Below are positions 1-14,220 of a DNA stretch of 64,000 bases, piece by piece. Below the pieces are notes generated by a model. The model was not told the origin of the DNA. It made no database searches and saw only the letters and a list, made by a program, of their open reading frames with translations. This stretch comes from the human T2T-CHM13v2.0 reference genome, Homo sapiens, in assembly GCF_009914755.1 (NCBI RefSeq), contig NC_060933.1; one strand, 5' to 3'. Within the stretch, counting starts at the first letter, position 1. Each line of letters opens with the position of its first letter. Made by a program: the position numbers and the translations under genes.

Positions 1-133
1 ATTTTTTGTATTTAGTAGAGACGGGGTTTCACCATCTTGGTCAGGCTGGTCTCGAGCCCCTGACCTCAGGTGATCCTCCCGCCTTGGCCTCCCAAAGCAC
101 TGAGGTTACAGGCGTGAGCTACTGCGCCTAGAC
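1..133 (-). mobile_element. Alu (left arm, cut by window edge)
   Basis: Reverse-complement Alu sequence. Confidence 0.92.
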
Positions 134-464
134 TCTGTTTTCTTATCCTTTTATTAGTCCCGTTGTGTTACTGTGTGCAATACTCGCTGCACATTTTAGC
201 GGACTTTAAATGTGCTGCAACCGTTGAGTTGGATCTGCTATACTCTAAAGAGGAGAGACTCCTCTATTAGGTTGGAATCAGTATTTCCACGGTTTCATTA
301 GTGAGGATTCAGACACCCAGATCCTTTCTCAAAAAGGGAGTTGTACTCACAAATGCCTGTTTTATAGAGATCCACACCCATATTCTAGGAATGCCCTTTT
401 TCCTTGTGCATACAGCTGAGTAATGGGTCTTCTCAACTTTTTTTCTGAGGAATGAAAGAGGAAG

Positions 465-570
465 GTGTTTGTATTTGTTCTCTATTGCTACATAAAAATT
501 ACCACAAATTTCGTGACTTAAAACGACACCCATTTTTCAGTTTGCGGTTTTGTAAGTCGAAAGTTCAATG
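465..570 (-). mobile_element. MLT1-type MaLR LTR fragment
   Basis: tctattgctacataaaaattaccacaaatt...gacttaaaacgacac resembles an MLT1 terminus. Confidence 0.5.
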
Positions 571-1075
571 CTTTCACAATCAAACAGGAGACAACAGTGG
601 GTCTAGCTGCCCAGGAGGAGTGATCTGGGAAACTAGGTCATTTTACACCAGAGCCATGACCTTGGCTAGCCAACTCTTTAGTGCTACAGCCACTTCAGTC
701 AAGGAAAAGAAAAGGACAGGATTCAGAGTACTTTTGAAGAGCGTGAGAAAGCAGCTGAATTGGGGTTTTGCTAGGTTTACAGACTTTCCTGAGTGTTTCT
801 GAAACCTGACTTCAGATCAAAATTTCATTTCCTATGACAGGATAGTTGGGACTGTGTTGGATTCATCAGCACACTGAAATTTGTCTAAGTCTCCAAAAAA
901 AAAAACAAAAAACAAAAAAAACAAAACTCTCCTGACTCTTTAACTTTTCTTCTGTTGTCTGGACTCCCTTGAGGCTGCTCTTAAACTATTCTCTTTTCCA
1001 AGGTACCCTGAAAGAAAACGAATCTCTCAGGGCTTCAAAATGCAAAAGCAGCCAAAATCCTCCCTTTGCTTCCCA

Positions 1076-1374
<299 letters not shown>

Positions 1375-3932
1375 CCGTTGCTGTTACAATAGACTTACAG
1401 TCTTCACTTAGGCTTAAAGGAAGACACCTGAGCAGAATTGGGGTTCGTTTTACTATTCCAGTCTACAAGACAGAATTTGAAGGCTGCCACTCTCTTACTT
1501 TCTCTAACATGCTGCATTTTCACTTTTAAAGAACAGAGGCAGCTAAAGGCAGGTCTGTGTTCTCTCTCGGTTGGAGACATTTTTTACAACCAGTTTCGTT
1601 AACCAGTTAGAAAGCCTTCTTTTTTATTTGATATTTAAGATTTATGTGGCTCAGTTGCTTGAATGTAGCAAAGACTCACGTGCATTTAAATAGTATGCTT
1701 GGTTCTAAGATGTCAGAAGAGGCCAGATACTGCTACGGCTCTTTGGGATTCAAGATACCAAGCAGTTGCAAGAAGAGGAATGTGTGAATGGGCTCTCCAA
1801 GAGAAATAGCAAATGCTCCTATTTCTGCTTCTTTTGGTAATAGTCCCACTTAAAGGATACGGTTGTTAACCTACAACAGGAAAGGGATGCTAAATCTGGT
1901 GGAGAGTGAAGAAGATATTACAGTGAGGAAAAAGGAATTAACCTATAAAAACTATGTGGGGAACGGCTTATTACTTTGAGTTGACCTTGAGACTTTTCAT
2001 CGCCTACTTCTGTGCCACCAGCTGGCTTCACATGGACAATAAACTTCTCCAAAATACTTAGTGTAAAGTTGTTGTTTGTCTTCATTAATTTACCCTGGTG
2101 ACCCCGGGGTGGGACATTACTCCATAGGGGGTAGTGCAGTCTCAGGATAACCCTAGCCACCCACTCAATTACCAAGGGCCAAATTGTCACACATAGCTGT
2201 TTACCCACTGCTTCCCTTTTGGCAGCCTTACCTGTGGTTATGGTTGCCCCCCACGTCCCTAGCAAACCCAACTTTGTCTTTCTCACTTTTATCAGTATAT
2301 TTCTATTCAGCAGCCAAGCTATCCTGGACCAATGGCACCGTCTAGTCCATATGCCTAACACATGGCAGGCACTTAAAATACATTAACTGAATCCAACACT
2401 TCCTCCTTTACTTCCAAATTAACATATTCTCTCAAATGGATGGGACTTATCTCTTTCTTATTCTAGATGCTGTTTTCTCTGACTCTGTACCAGGACAGCG
2501 AAATGACTATTCCTACTTTCAGAGATATTGCCCCACCTAGATATCACCTAGGTGTCACAGATCCTAGGCATTCATTTTTTTAAATCCACCTTGAGAAAAT
2601 TTGTACATTAAATTGTTGCTCCTTGGTTCCAAATGGCTTATTTAGGACCTTTTTGACAAGTAGCTTGTCAAAGCATTTGACTGTTTCCTTTATTGACAAC
2701 ACAACCTTTCTCTTGCAGGTTGACACCAGAGAAAACACTAAACTTTCAAGTATCTAATCTTTATCCAAGTTCCAGTTGCAGAAAATAATATTTTTGAAGA
2801 ATTACCTAAAGGATGTGTAGTTCAACCATTCCTCTGAGCCATCAAAATGTTATCTTTGGATCAAGTCAAACCATCGGAGAAAATTGATTTGGCTTTTGCT
2901 TGTTGTGGCTGGTGTTTTGACATTAACCTACAGGGAGGGAGATCATTTTTAAGAGACCATAAAAAAATTTTGTTTGGGAGCCTTTTATAGACATGTTGTC
3001 AAAGGCTGTCACAAAGTATTTTCTGGAGGATTACGCAAGAGAAGTTTCTCTTCATTCTCAGTTCTAGGAATTTGACTTTATTTTACGTACACTGTGAATA
3101 AGACCTCTTTGCATTCATTTTAGGAAGCTCAATTTTAAGTTGGTGGCCCATCTTTAACAATGCGTAGGACCTCAAAATTTTGTATGCTGACCTTATCTCT
3201 GGCTTTACTATAATTTGCTACTCTTTGCTACTTTATTGTAATCTGGCTACCCTTTGTTTTTTTCTGTTTGCTCAGATTTCCCTACTTAATTTTTTACTGT
3301 AGTATACTGTATATTTTTGGAAGCTGCCACAAATCCTTTGGAGAAGAAGGCAGACATAAATATATTGTGATTTTTATTAATTCAAAGATCTATGTCGATC
3401 AATCTCAAAACTATATTATAATCAAATAACATTATACAATAACCAAAGGTGATTATTAAAAAAGAATTCCATTTCTGCTTGCCATTTTTTAAAACTTTGA
3501 GGCAAATCCACATATATAGCATACAGCACCACTTACTAAAATTCTGTTTCTTCACCTATCCATTTGTCTCGGTCTCCTCTAGTATCTTTCTCTTCCCACA
3601 CTTCACAAAGCTCATCCAACAACACTCCATTCCCAACGGCTATTTCCTCCCCCTTCCCTCTCTCTTTGCTGTATTCACTTGTTATGTGACTTCATCAAGC
3701 AAGATCCCATCAGTTTTTGAAGAAAGGAGAAATGAGAAAATGTGGCTGGCCACTTGAGGACTCCTTTTGCTGGGGGAAGAGAGTAAGGCAAATAACACTC
3801 TGAAATAAATAATTTGTCTCATTACACATAAATAATTACTTCATTTTTAAAAATGTATCAGTCACTAAAGCTTTATTAGGCTTTACTTAAGGTATCATCC
3901 AAGAAAGTCAGTACTTCTGGACACATAAGGGC

Positions 3933-4278
3933 TGTATTAGTCTGTCTCACACTGCTAATACAGACATACCAGAGACTGGGTAATTTATTAAGAAAAGAGG
4001 TTTAATTGACTCACAGTTGCATATGGCTGGGGAGGGCTCACAGTCATGGCAGAGAGCAAATGAGGAGCAAAGTGGCAGGCAAGAGAGAACTTGTGTAGGG
4101 GAACCGCCCTTTATAAAACCATCAGATCTTGTGAGACTCATTCACTATCTCTAGAACAGCACGGGAAAGACCTGCCCCCATGATTCAATTACCTCCCACT
4201 GGGTCCCTCTCAGGATACATGGGAATCATGGGAGCTACAATTCAAGATGAGATTGGTGGGGATACAGCCAAAGTATCT
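3933..4278 (-). mobile_element. THE1 (B/C-like) MaLR solo LTR
   Basis: tgtattagtc...gactgggtaatttat...aaaaccatcagatcttgtgagact...caattcaagatgagatt matches the THE1 consensus in reverse complement. Confidence 0.9.
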
Positions 4279-4512
4279 CCGGGGCCTTGAGTACTTCTGA
4301 GGAGAGAGAGGAGGGAAAGAAGAAAAGATGCCATATACTCGAAAGGATGAGCCTATACTGAGAAATAATCTGCCATGTGCAAGAAAACATTCTTGGTATT
4401 CCTGCCTTTCAAAATTAGAACAACCTAAGTGTCCACTATTAGAGAAATGATTAGGTAAATTACAATCTATTCAGGAAATGGCATATTGTTCAGCCATGAA
4501 GTGTTTATTTTG

Positions 4513-4800
4513 TTTTGTTTTGTTTTGTTTGAGACAAGGTCTCGCAGCTCTGTTGCCCAGGCTGGAGTACAGTGGTACTATATTGGCTCACTGCAACCTC
4601 TGCCTCGCGGGTTCAAGTGATTTTCATGCCTCAGCCTCCCGAGCAGTTGAGATTACAGGTGCTTGCACCAACACCCGGCTAATTTTTGTATTTTTAGTAG
4701 AGATGGGGGTTTCACCATGTTGGTCAGGCTGGTCTCGAACTCCTGACCTCAAGTGATCCACCTCCTTGGCCTCCCAAAGTGCTGGGCCAGCTCGCCCCCC
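4513..4800 (-). mobile_element. AluS with 15-bp TSD, inserted in an old L1M 3' fragment
   Basis: TSD gaagtgtttattttg at 4498-4512 and 4801-4815. Confidence 0.93.
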
Positions 4801-5085
4801 GAAGTGTTTATTTTGAAGAATGTATGGCAGCAATGAAAAAAAGTTTATGTAATAATAAGCCAAAAAAAAAAGCAAAACAGAAAATCGAATTGTGTTGTAA
4901 TCTACCTATCAGTTTATGTATCTGTACCAGCATTAGACAGAGGGAAAAGCTAGCAGTTGGGTCGGGGGAGTCAGGTCAAGATAGAATCCTGAGGAACACT
5001 GACATTTATGGTATATTCCAGGAAGGCATACCTTCAAAGGAGACAGAAAAGATGAAGCAAAGAAGCCATGAAAAGGAGGGAACTA

Positions 5086-5463
<378 letters not shown>

Positions 5464-5479
5464 TTAATGTCCATTACCA

Positions 5480-5624
5480 CATTTAGTCCTCACAAAAGGC
5501 TTGGGTGAAAGATCCCCTTATACCCATTTTGCTGTAAGCAAAGTAGGTTTCAAGAGGCTGAGCAAGTTGGACAATATCCCAGAGTAAGGGAGAGATGGGA
5601 TTTGAGCCAAGGTCTGCCTCTAGG
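5480..5624. mobile_element. MIR fragment, interrupted by the MER4A LTR
   Basis: cccattttgctgtaagcaaagt...gggatttgagccaaggtctg resembles the MIR core. MIR-like sequence resumes after 6232. Confidence 0.55.
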
Positions 5625-6232
5625 TATAAACCAATAAGTATCTGAGGCAAGTCTCAATCCATTTATTAGGTTGGTGCAAAAGTAATTGCAGTTTTTGCCA
5701 TTATAAGTAATGGAAAGTTTACTTTGCCAAGGTTAAGGACACACCTGTGACACAGACTCAGGAGTTCCTGAAGACGCGTGCCCAAGATGGTTGAGGTACA
5801 GCTTCCTTTTATACACTTTAGGGAGATATAACACATCAATCAATTGAACCATTTACATTGGTTCAATCTGGAAGAGTGGGACAACTCAAAGAGTGGGGTG
5901 CTTCTAGGTCATAGGAAGATTTAAACATATTCTGATTGGCAATTGGTTGAAAGACTTATTATCATTAGAAAGAAATGGCTGGGTTACAATAGGGGTTGTG
6001 GAGACCTAGGTTTTATATCTCCAAGTAGCAGGCTTTAGAGAAAATAGACTGTAAATGTTTCTTATCAGACTTAAAGTCTGTGTTGATGTTACTGCTGGAA
6101 GGGTATAATGAGGCATGTCCAACCCCTACTACCCATCATGGCCTCAACCAGTTAAATTTTAGGGTGCCCTGGCAAAGGAAGGAGACCATTCATATGGTGA
6201 GGAGGGCCTTCAACTTTTATTTTTGGTTTACA
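5625..6232 (-). mobile_element. MER4A-type ERV1 solo LTR
   Basis: Ends ttttatttttggtttaca (reverse complement of TGTAAACCAAAAATAAAA). Internal gtaaatgtttcttatcagacttaa and ctgattggcaattggttgaaag are typical of MER4A. Confidence 0.85.
5666..5713. mobile_element. Truncated MADE1 (Hsmar1-derived MITE) inside the MER4A LTR
   Basis: ttaggttggtgcaaaagtaattgcagtttttgccatta after a TA. The right TIR is missing. Confidence 0.88.
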
Positions 6233-6322
6233 TTCGCAAAGCATGTGCTCTTTGCTTTATACTAGGCTGCCTCCCTGCCATGTTAGAAAGATCTTCTGAA
6301 TTTATATGAGGTCATGGTTTAG

Positions 6323-6766
<444 letters not shown>

Positions 6767-6980
6767 TGATGGATTAGTATGGGGATTGCAAACTCCATTC
6801 CCTACAGGGCAGTTAGGGTAAAAGGGGAAGTAAAATTAGAGCAGGCGCATACTGTCAACAGGGGCAGGAATGTAGGAATGTGGCCCACTGTTTTCAGATA
6901 TCCCAATTTGTTTAGGGGAGCCCAAAATCTGGATTTTATCTTTCTTTGCAAAATTGTTAATTTTTTATGTTGGGAACTAA

Positions 6981-7288
<308 letters not shown>

Positions 7289-8279
7289 TAACTAAAAACA
7301 TTTTTAAACACTGTGCAGACTAAATAAATCTGTGGAGTCCATAGGGTCCAGTTTTAGACCCCTGGCTGAGCTCTCCAATGACAGAGTTTGTCTTCAGGGA
7401 AGCTTACCCTCAGTGGTGCTGATTCTATGGAAAGTCAATCCTCAAGCTAAGAGGAAATCCCTCCGGGCTGCAGCTAGGAAAAGGAGCAGGCCTTGGATGG
7501 GGCACTTCTCTTTCCATCTTCCTTCCCCAGCTAGTCTCACTGGGCCCATCAGTCAACTTTCCATGATGAATGTTTTGTTGGGTTCTGTTCCATGGAGTTA
7601 AAGGAGCATGGAGTGTCTCTCATCACAGCCCCTTTTCTAGGAAAATAAATGGCCAACTCCCTGGAGTTGAGGATTTTTTTATGCAATGACTTTCCTCCAC
7701 GAGATTTATTGCAGCAGCTTTGTGAGAGATTTGTAGTAAGTAGTGTTGAGGCTGTAGGTCTTAAATCTTCAATGCCACAGTCATAACTCTCCAGGAAGGA
7801 AATGATAGAAGATCACAGTAGCTAATATTGCATTATGATGATACTGCCTTCCCAGAAATGATTGCAGTCTTGCTGCTGCTGTCTTACTTAGGAAACAGGA
7901 GCTCTTCAAATGTGCTTGAGATGTCTGTCCTGGTGGTGCTTTGCACGATCCATGAGAAGCTACAGACTAGGGGAAGAGAGCAAACATTTATGAGCACCAA
8001 CCATACCTTTTTCACATATGCGGAGACTGAGGCTCAAAGAAATTAAATCATTTTCCCAGGATCTCTAGCTGTAAAACCTCTGATTTGAAAGCAGATCTTG
8101 TCTACTATGCCACCTGTAACATGTTTTAATTTTAGATATCTTAGAAGAATATTAATGAGTCAAAGTTGATAGGAGTGAATGGTAAAATATTTTTATTATT
8201 TTAGGTTTAACCTCAATCTCTTTCACTTTTATACTTAGTCTACAGTGTACAATAAATAGCTTAAATGATACCATGACGA

Positions 8280-9120
8280 AACAATCAGACAAACCCAGGC
8301 TATGAAAAAAGGACAATTGTCCTGCTCTCTACAAAAGTCAATGTTATAGGGGGAAAAAAAAGTCAGGGAACTGTTTTCTCTTAAAAGAGATTGAAGAGAC
8401 AACTGAATGTAATGCATGAACCTTAATTGGATCCTTGCTCCAAGGGTGCCAACTGTATAAATCATTTTGGGGGCCGGGCACAGTGGTTCACGCCCATAAT
8501 CCCAACACTCTGGGAGTCTGAGGTGGGCAGATCGCCTGAGGTCAGGAGTTCCAGACCAGCCTGGCCAACATGGTGAAACTCTGTCTCTACTAAAAGTACA
8601 AAAATTAGACTGGCCTGGTGGGGGGTGCCTGTAATCCCAGCTACTCAGGAGACTGATGCTGGAGAATTGCTTGAACCCACGAGGCAGATGTTGCACTGAG
8701 CAGAGATCACACCATTGCACTCCAGCCTGGGCAGGCGACAAGAGTGAAACTCCATCTCAAAAAAAAAGAACCAAGATCATTTTGGAAACAACTGAGGAAA
8801 TGTGAATATGAACTGGATGTTAGGTGATATTTGGGAATTATTATTTGTTGTTTTAAGTTATGACAATAGTATTGTGGTTATTCAGGAAAACAGTTTTATT
8901 GTTAGGTGCTAAAGTATTTAGGAGTGAAATATCATGATGTCTGCTGTTTAATTGCCAATGATTGAGAAAAAACTATGCATGTGTATACATGTAAAACCTG
9001 GCAAAAGGTTATTCATTGCTGAATCTAGGTGGTTAGTATGTATATGTTCATTATCCTCTTCTTTCAACTTTTCTGTGTGTTTAAAATTTTTCATAGTAAA
9101 AAGTGAAAATGTACAAATAA
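8280..9120 (+). mobile_element. Old L1M (MC/ME-like) 3' fragment, split by an Alu
   Basis: aaagagattgaagagacaactgaatgtaatgcatgaaccttaattggatcc and cttctttcaacttttctgtgtgtttaaaatttttcatagtaaaa resemble L1M 3' ends. Confidence 0.6.
8472..8768 (+). mobile_element. AluS
   Basis: Full-length Alu with A tail. Confidence 0.95.
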
Positions 9121-9488
9121 ATATTTAATTAGATTAAACTGCTTTAGAATGATAGGGAGGAAGATACACTGAATAGGGTAACTGCATTTTGAAATTCCTG
9201 CAGAAGATCAAAACTATGGAATAGCTGAAAATATGTCTTCATTACAGTAAATGTAAAAAATATAAGGATAGGCACATATTATTACAGCCATATAAAGGCA
9301 CATTTGCAGGTGGACAAGCACTAGAAATACATCAGTTTAGTGGAAATAGAGGTGATCTTTTTTTCAAAATTACTCTTGTTTTATCACCTTTTCCCTTAAT
9401 AGAATCATCAAAGAGCATGTTCATTGATCAAGGCATTAAAAGATCATAACTCTTTTGCTATGTGGTGGAGTTACAGCTAAATATCTTT

Positions 9489-9808
9489 CTTTAATTTTTA
9501 TTTATTAATTTATTTATTTTGTTTTTTGAGACAGGGTGTTGCTCTGTCACCCAGGCTGGAGTGCAGTGGCCAATCTCAGCTCACTGCAACCTCCGTCTCC
9601 CGGATTCAAGCGATTCTCCTGCCTCAGCCTCCTGAGTAGCTGGAATTACAGGCACCGCCACCATGCCCGGTTAATTTTTGTATTTTCAGTAGAGACAGGG
9701 TTTCACCATGTTGGCCAGGCTGGTCTGGAACTCCTGACCTCAGGTGATCTGCCCGCCTCTGCCTCCCAAAGTGCTGGGATTACAGGTGTGAGCCACTGCA
9801 CCTGGGCC
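9489..9808 (-). mobile_element. AluS
   Basis: Antisense Alu, TSD-like ctaaa(t/c)atctttcttt. Confidence 0.95.
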
Positions 9809-9837
9809 TAAACATCTTTCTTTTAAAAGTCATCCTT

Positions 9838-10135
9838 GGCTGAGTGCAGTGGCTCATGCCTGTAATCCCAGCACTTCAGGAGACCGAGGCACACAAATCA
9901 CGTGAGGTCAGGAGTTCGAGACCAGCCTGGCCAACATGGTGAAACCCCATCTCTACTAAAAATACAAAAATTAGCTGGGCATGGTGGCAGTCACCTGTAA
10001 TCCCAGCTACTCGAGAGGCTGAGGCAGGAGAATCACTTGAACCGGGAGGTGGAGGTTGTAGTGAGCCAAGATCGTGCCACTACACTCCAGCCTGGGAGAT
10101 AATGCAAGACTGTCTCAAAGAAAAAAAAAAAAAAA
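9838..10135 (+). mobile_element. AluS
   Basis: Sense Alu, head-to-head with the previous copy. Confidence 0.95.
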
Positions 10136-10404
10136 GCCACCCTTGAAGCCCATAGTAAGGAAATATTCTGTATCTTTATAATCAGTAAATGCATTGAATG
10201 TATTGCTTTACTAAAAACAAATCAGTGTAAGAACTTCAGCTCTATGAATCTAGTGTGGTTAACAAGATCTGGGGAAAATAACAGTAAGTAAAAAAAATAA
10301 TTACAGTTACAAATAAAAGAGACTCAGAAAGTTAGTTCAGTTTATGAATGATCAAATAGTTTCAACTGATTATAAAGAACAATTGCCTAAAATGGCTCCA
10401 GAAA

Positions 10405-10895
<491 letters not shown>

Positions 10896-11922
10896 AAAGG
10901 TATATATAGGCGTGTACATAAAAAAGGATCAAAAGAGAATATTAAAAAAAAGTTGATTTATTATGGTGGAGAGATTATATATGATTTCTATTCAAATTTT
11001 AAATTTTACATTATTACAGTGGGATTTGTTAAATATTTTTAAGAAAAAATAATTGAGAGTTTTTACTGTTTTTACAACGCATAGAATGATGATGGAGAAA
11101 CAAATAGCAAATATGTACTATAGAGTTGTTAAATCCTGACTTGGAAATTCTAATACTCAGAATTGAACCAGACAAAATAATCAGAAATGCAGGGGGGATT
11201 ACAAAGGTGGTTCTCATGGGATTGGTCATAATAACAAAAATGGAAATAACAGGGTAACCATTACCCAAATAATGGTATATCTCTATATGATGGAATATTA
11301 CACAACCATAAAAAATACTTTAGAAAAAGCATTTCTTACTTTTGTAATCAGAAAAAAATAAGATGTTTAAAGGATGCAGTACTACTCACTGACATGGAAA
11401 ACATTAATAATAGTGATATTGAAGTAAAATAAATTATAGAACATTTCCAAATACTTATTTATAAGTGTCATCTACATGCACTTACAAATACACAGAAAAA
11501 TATGTCTGGAAGGATATTAAACTATACCATCAACAGTGGTTTAGGAAGTAATATTTGGGTGTACTTTCCCTTTCTCTCTAATACAATTATATTCAGTGGG
11601 TTTTGTTTTGTTTTTTTTTTTTTACAGCGAGCATGCAAACCAAGAGAAGAAACATATGCACATTTTTTCTCTAATGGTTATTAAAAGCTATTAAATAATT
11701 CAATAAAATGCATATGAAAAGCTGAATGCAAAATTACAGAAGGAATATAACCTCAACTTAAGGAAGAAAACATGCCCAGGAAAAGGATCTAGGAAATGTC
11801 AAAGCATTTTATTGCCTCTGGGTGATGACATCATGCATGATTCTTGCCTTATCTTAATGAACATATATTACTTGGATAATCAGGAAAATTTTAAAGTACA
11901 AATTTGTTAAAATAACTTTTAA

Positions 11923-12374
<452 letters not shown>

Positions 12375-12600
12375 GACAGTGACTTCTATCAAACAAATTT
12401 TCCATTTCTGTTTCAAATGTCCTGGCCTCCTTCCTTCACAACTCACCAAAATCCCACATGTCATCTGAACTCCACACATAAGAGGGAAAGGAGGAAGAAG
12501 AAGACAAAAGCACTCAGGGATATATTACCTGCAAGGCTCCTCAAATTATGGAAAGAATAAAATACCCAAGTCCTTACAATGGCCTACAAGGCGCGCAGGT

Positions 12601-12601
<1 letters not shown>

Positions 12602-12642
<41 letters not shown>

Positions 12643-12644
12643 AC
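12602..12644. repeat. (CA)n microsatellite
   Basis: About 21 CA units with one interruption. Confidence 0.95.
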
Positions 12645-12861
12645 CTCTCTAACCTCATCTCTCACCACTCTCTCCATAACTCTTATATTTCCTTCAGTTC
12701 CCAACTCAAATATCATCTTATCTAGGAGACCTAACTTTAGCTTTCACCAACTTCACCAACTTGGTTTTGAAACCAAGTTTGACTATATTTGACTATACCT
12801 TGAGGTTTAGTCTAAAAGTGCTTTATTAAATTGGAATGAAATCATCAGAAAAAAAAGATCA

Positions 12862-13345
12862 CGTGGTAGTTAGCTTCCAAGATGGCCCCCTGATATTCAC
12901 ACTCTTGGATAGTCCCTTCCCACACTAAATAGGGCTGACCTGTTAGCTAATAGGACACTGCAGAAACGACAAAGTGTGGCTTCCAAAGCTAGGTCATAAA
13001 AGACATTGAGGCTTCTGCGTTGCTCTCTTAGATCATTCGCTCTGGGGGAGTCAGCCACCATGCCAAGAAGAACACCCAGGATCCCTACAGAAAGACCCAT
13101 GTGGTAAGGAACTGAGCCCCGACCTGCCAACAGGCTGCATCAACTTGCCATTCATGTATGTGAGCTGTGTTGGAAGCAAATTGCCTGGCTCCAGTCAGAT
13201 CTTCCTATGACTGTAGTCCTGGCCAACATTTTGACTGAATTTCCTGAGTCACCTTGAGCGAGAACCATCCAGCTAAGCTGCTCCCAAATTCTTGACCTAC
13301 AGAAACTACAAGAGATAATAAATGCTTATGTCATTTTAGCCAAGT
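12862..13345 (+). mobile_element. MLT1F-type MaLR LTR
   Basis: gctaggtcataaaagacattg, cccatgtggtaaggaactgag and ccagctaagctgctcccaaattcttgacc. Confidence 0.8.
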
Positions 13346-13724
13346 CTCAGGATGAAACATCTCTCCTTTCTGCTCCTGTTCCTGCATGGGGACCCAGGAA
13401 ATTTGGGCTGGCTGTACCTACCCTACCCTGACTGGGTAAATGGGGCAGAACAGTTTATATCTAAAGTTTATCTGAACAAGTCTTCCTTGACGTGTTTGGT
13501 GGGTCAGATTTTGCAACCCAAACTATTACTATGGTAGATGGCAGCCCCATTTCCACAAAGAAATAACAATTTCCAGGTAGAGAGAGTCATTCTTGACCCC
13601 ATGCCCTGACTGCTTCATCACCATTGTTCCTTAGTTCTGTCTCAGCACTTTTCTGCCTCCATCAACCAGCTCAAATTCCACCAAGAAGCACTCTCAGTAT
13701 ATAAAGTATGAGCCATAATTTTAA

Positions 13725-14181
13725 GAGCATGTATGCTATGTATCTCTGTACATATGTTGTATGTGTTCATATATCTCTGTATGTATGTATGTTGCATGTA
13801 TATCTGTATATACTTTGTGCTTGTATGTATGTTGCATGTGTCTATTTTTGTCTTGCTGCATGCACATGTGTATATCTGTATTTTGTATGTATATGTATGT
13901 CGTGTATGCATATCTTGTGTATATCTGTATTATGTTCTAAGTATATCTGTGTATTGTATGTTGTGTGTGTCTGATGTGTGTGTGTCTGTATGTTGTGTAT
14001 ATCTGTATTATGTTCTAAGTATGTCTGTGTATTGTATGTTGTGTGTGTCTGATGTGTGTGTGTCTGTATGTTGTGTATATCTGTATTATGTTGTGTATGT
14101 ATCTGTATTTGTGTGAATATCTGTATGCATGTTGTGTGTGTTTCTGGTGTGTATGTGTCTGTATATTGTATATGTTTATCT

Positions 14182-14218
<37 letters not shown>

Positions 14219-14220
14219 AT
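13725..14220. repeat. TG/TA-rich low-complexity array with a 78-bp tandem unit and terminal (GT)n
   Basis: Unit starts at 13915, 13993 and 14071 (partial). (GT)n at 14183-14217. Confidence 0.92.

Noticed and set aside
189-215. Inverted repeat gcacattt...aaatgtgc
   Set aside because: Short arms with an 11-nt loop, consistent with chance.
1918-2361. 147-aa minus-strand ORF in apparently unique DNA
   Set aside because: Non-ATG start, no recognisable homology, and no promoter or splice support.
5666-5713. miR-548-type hairpin from MADE1
   Set aside because: The right inverted arm is missing, so a pre-miRNA stem cannot form.
13915-14092. Regularly spaced repeat as a CRISPR-like array
   Set aside because: It is a head-to-tail tandem duplication without unique spacers, in a eukaryotic context.
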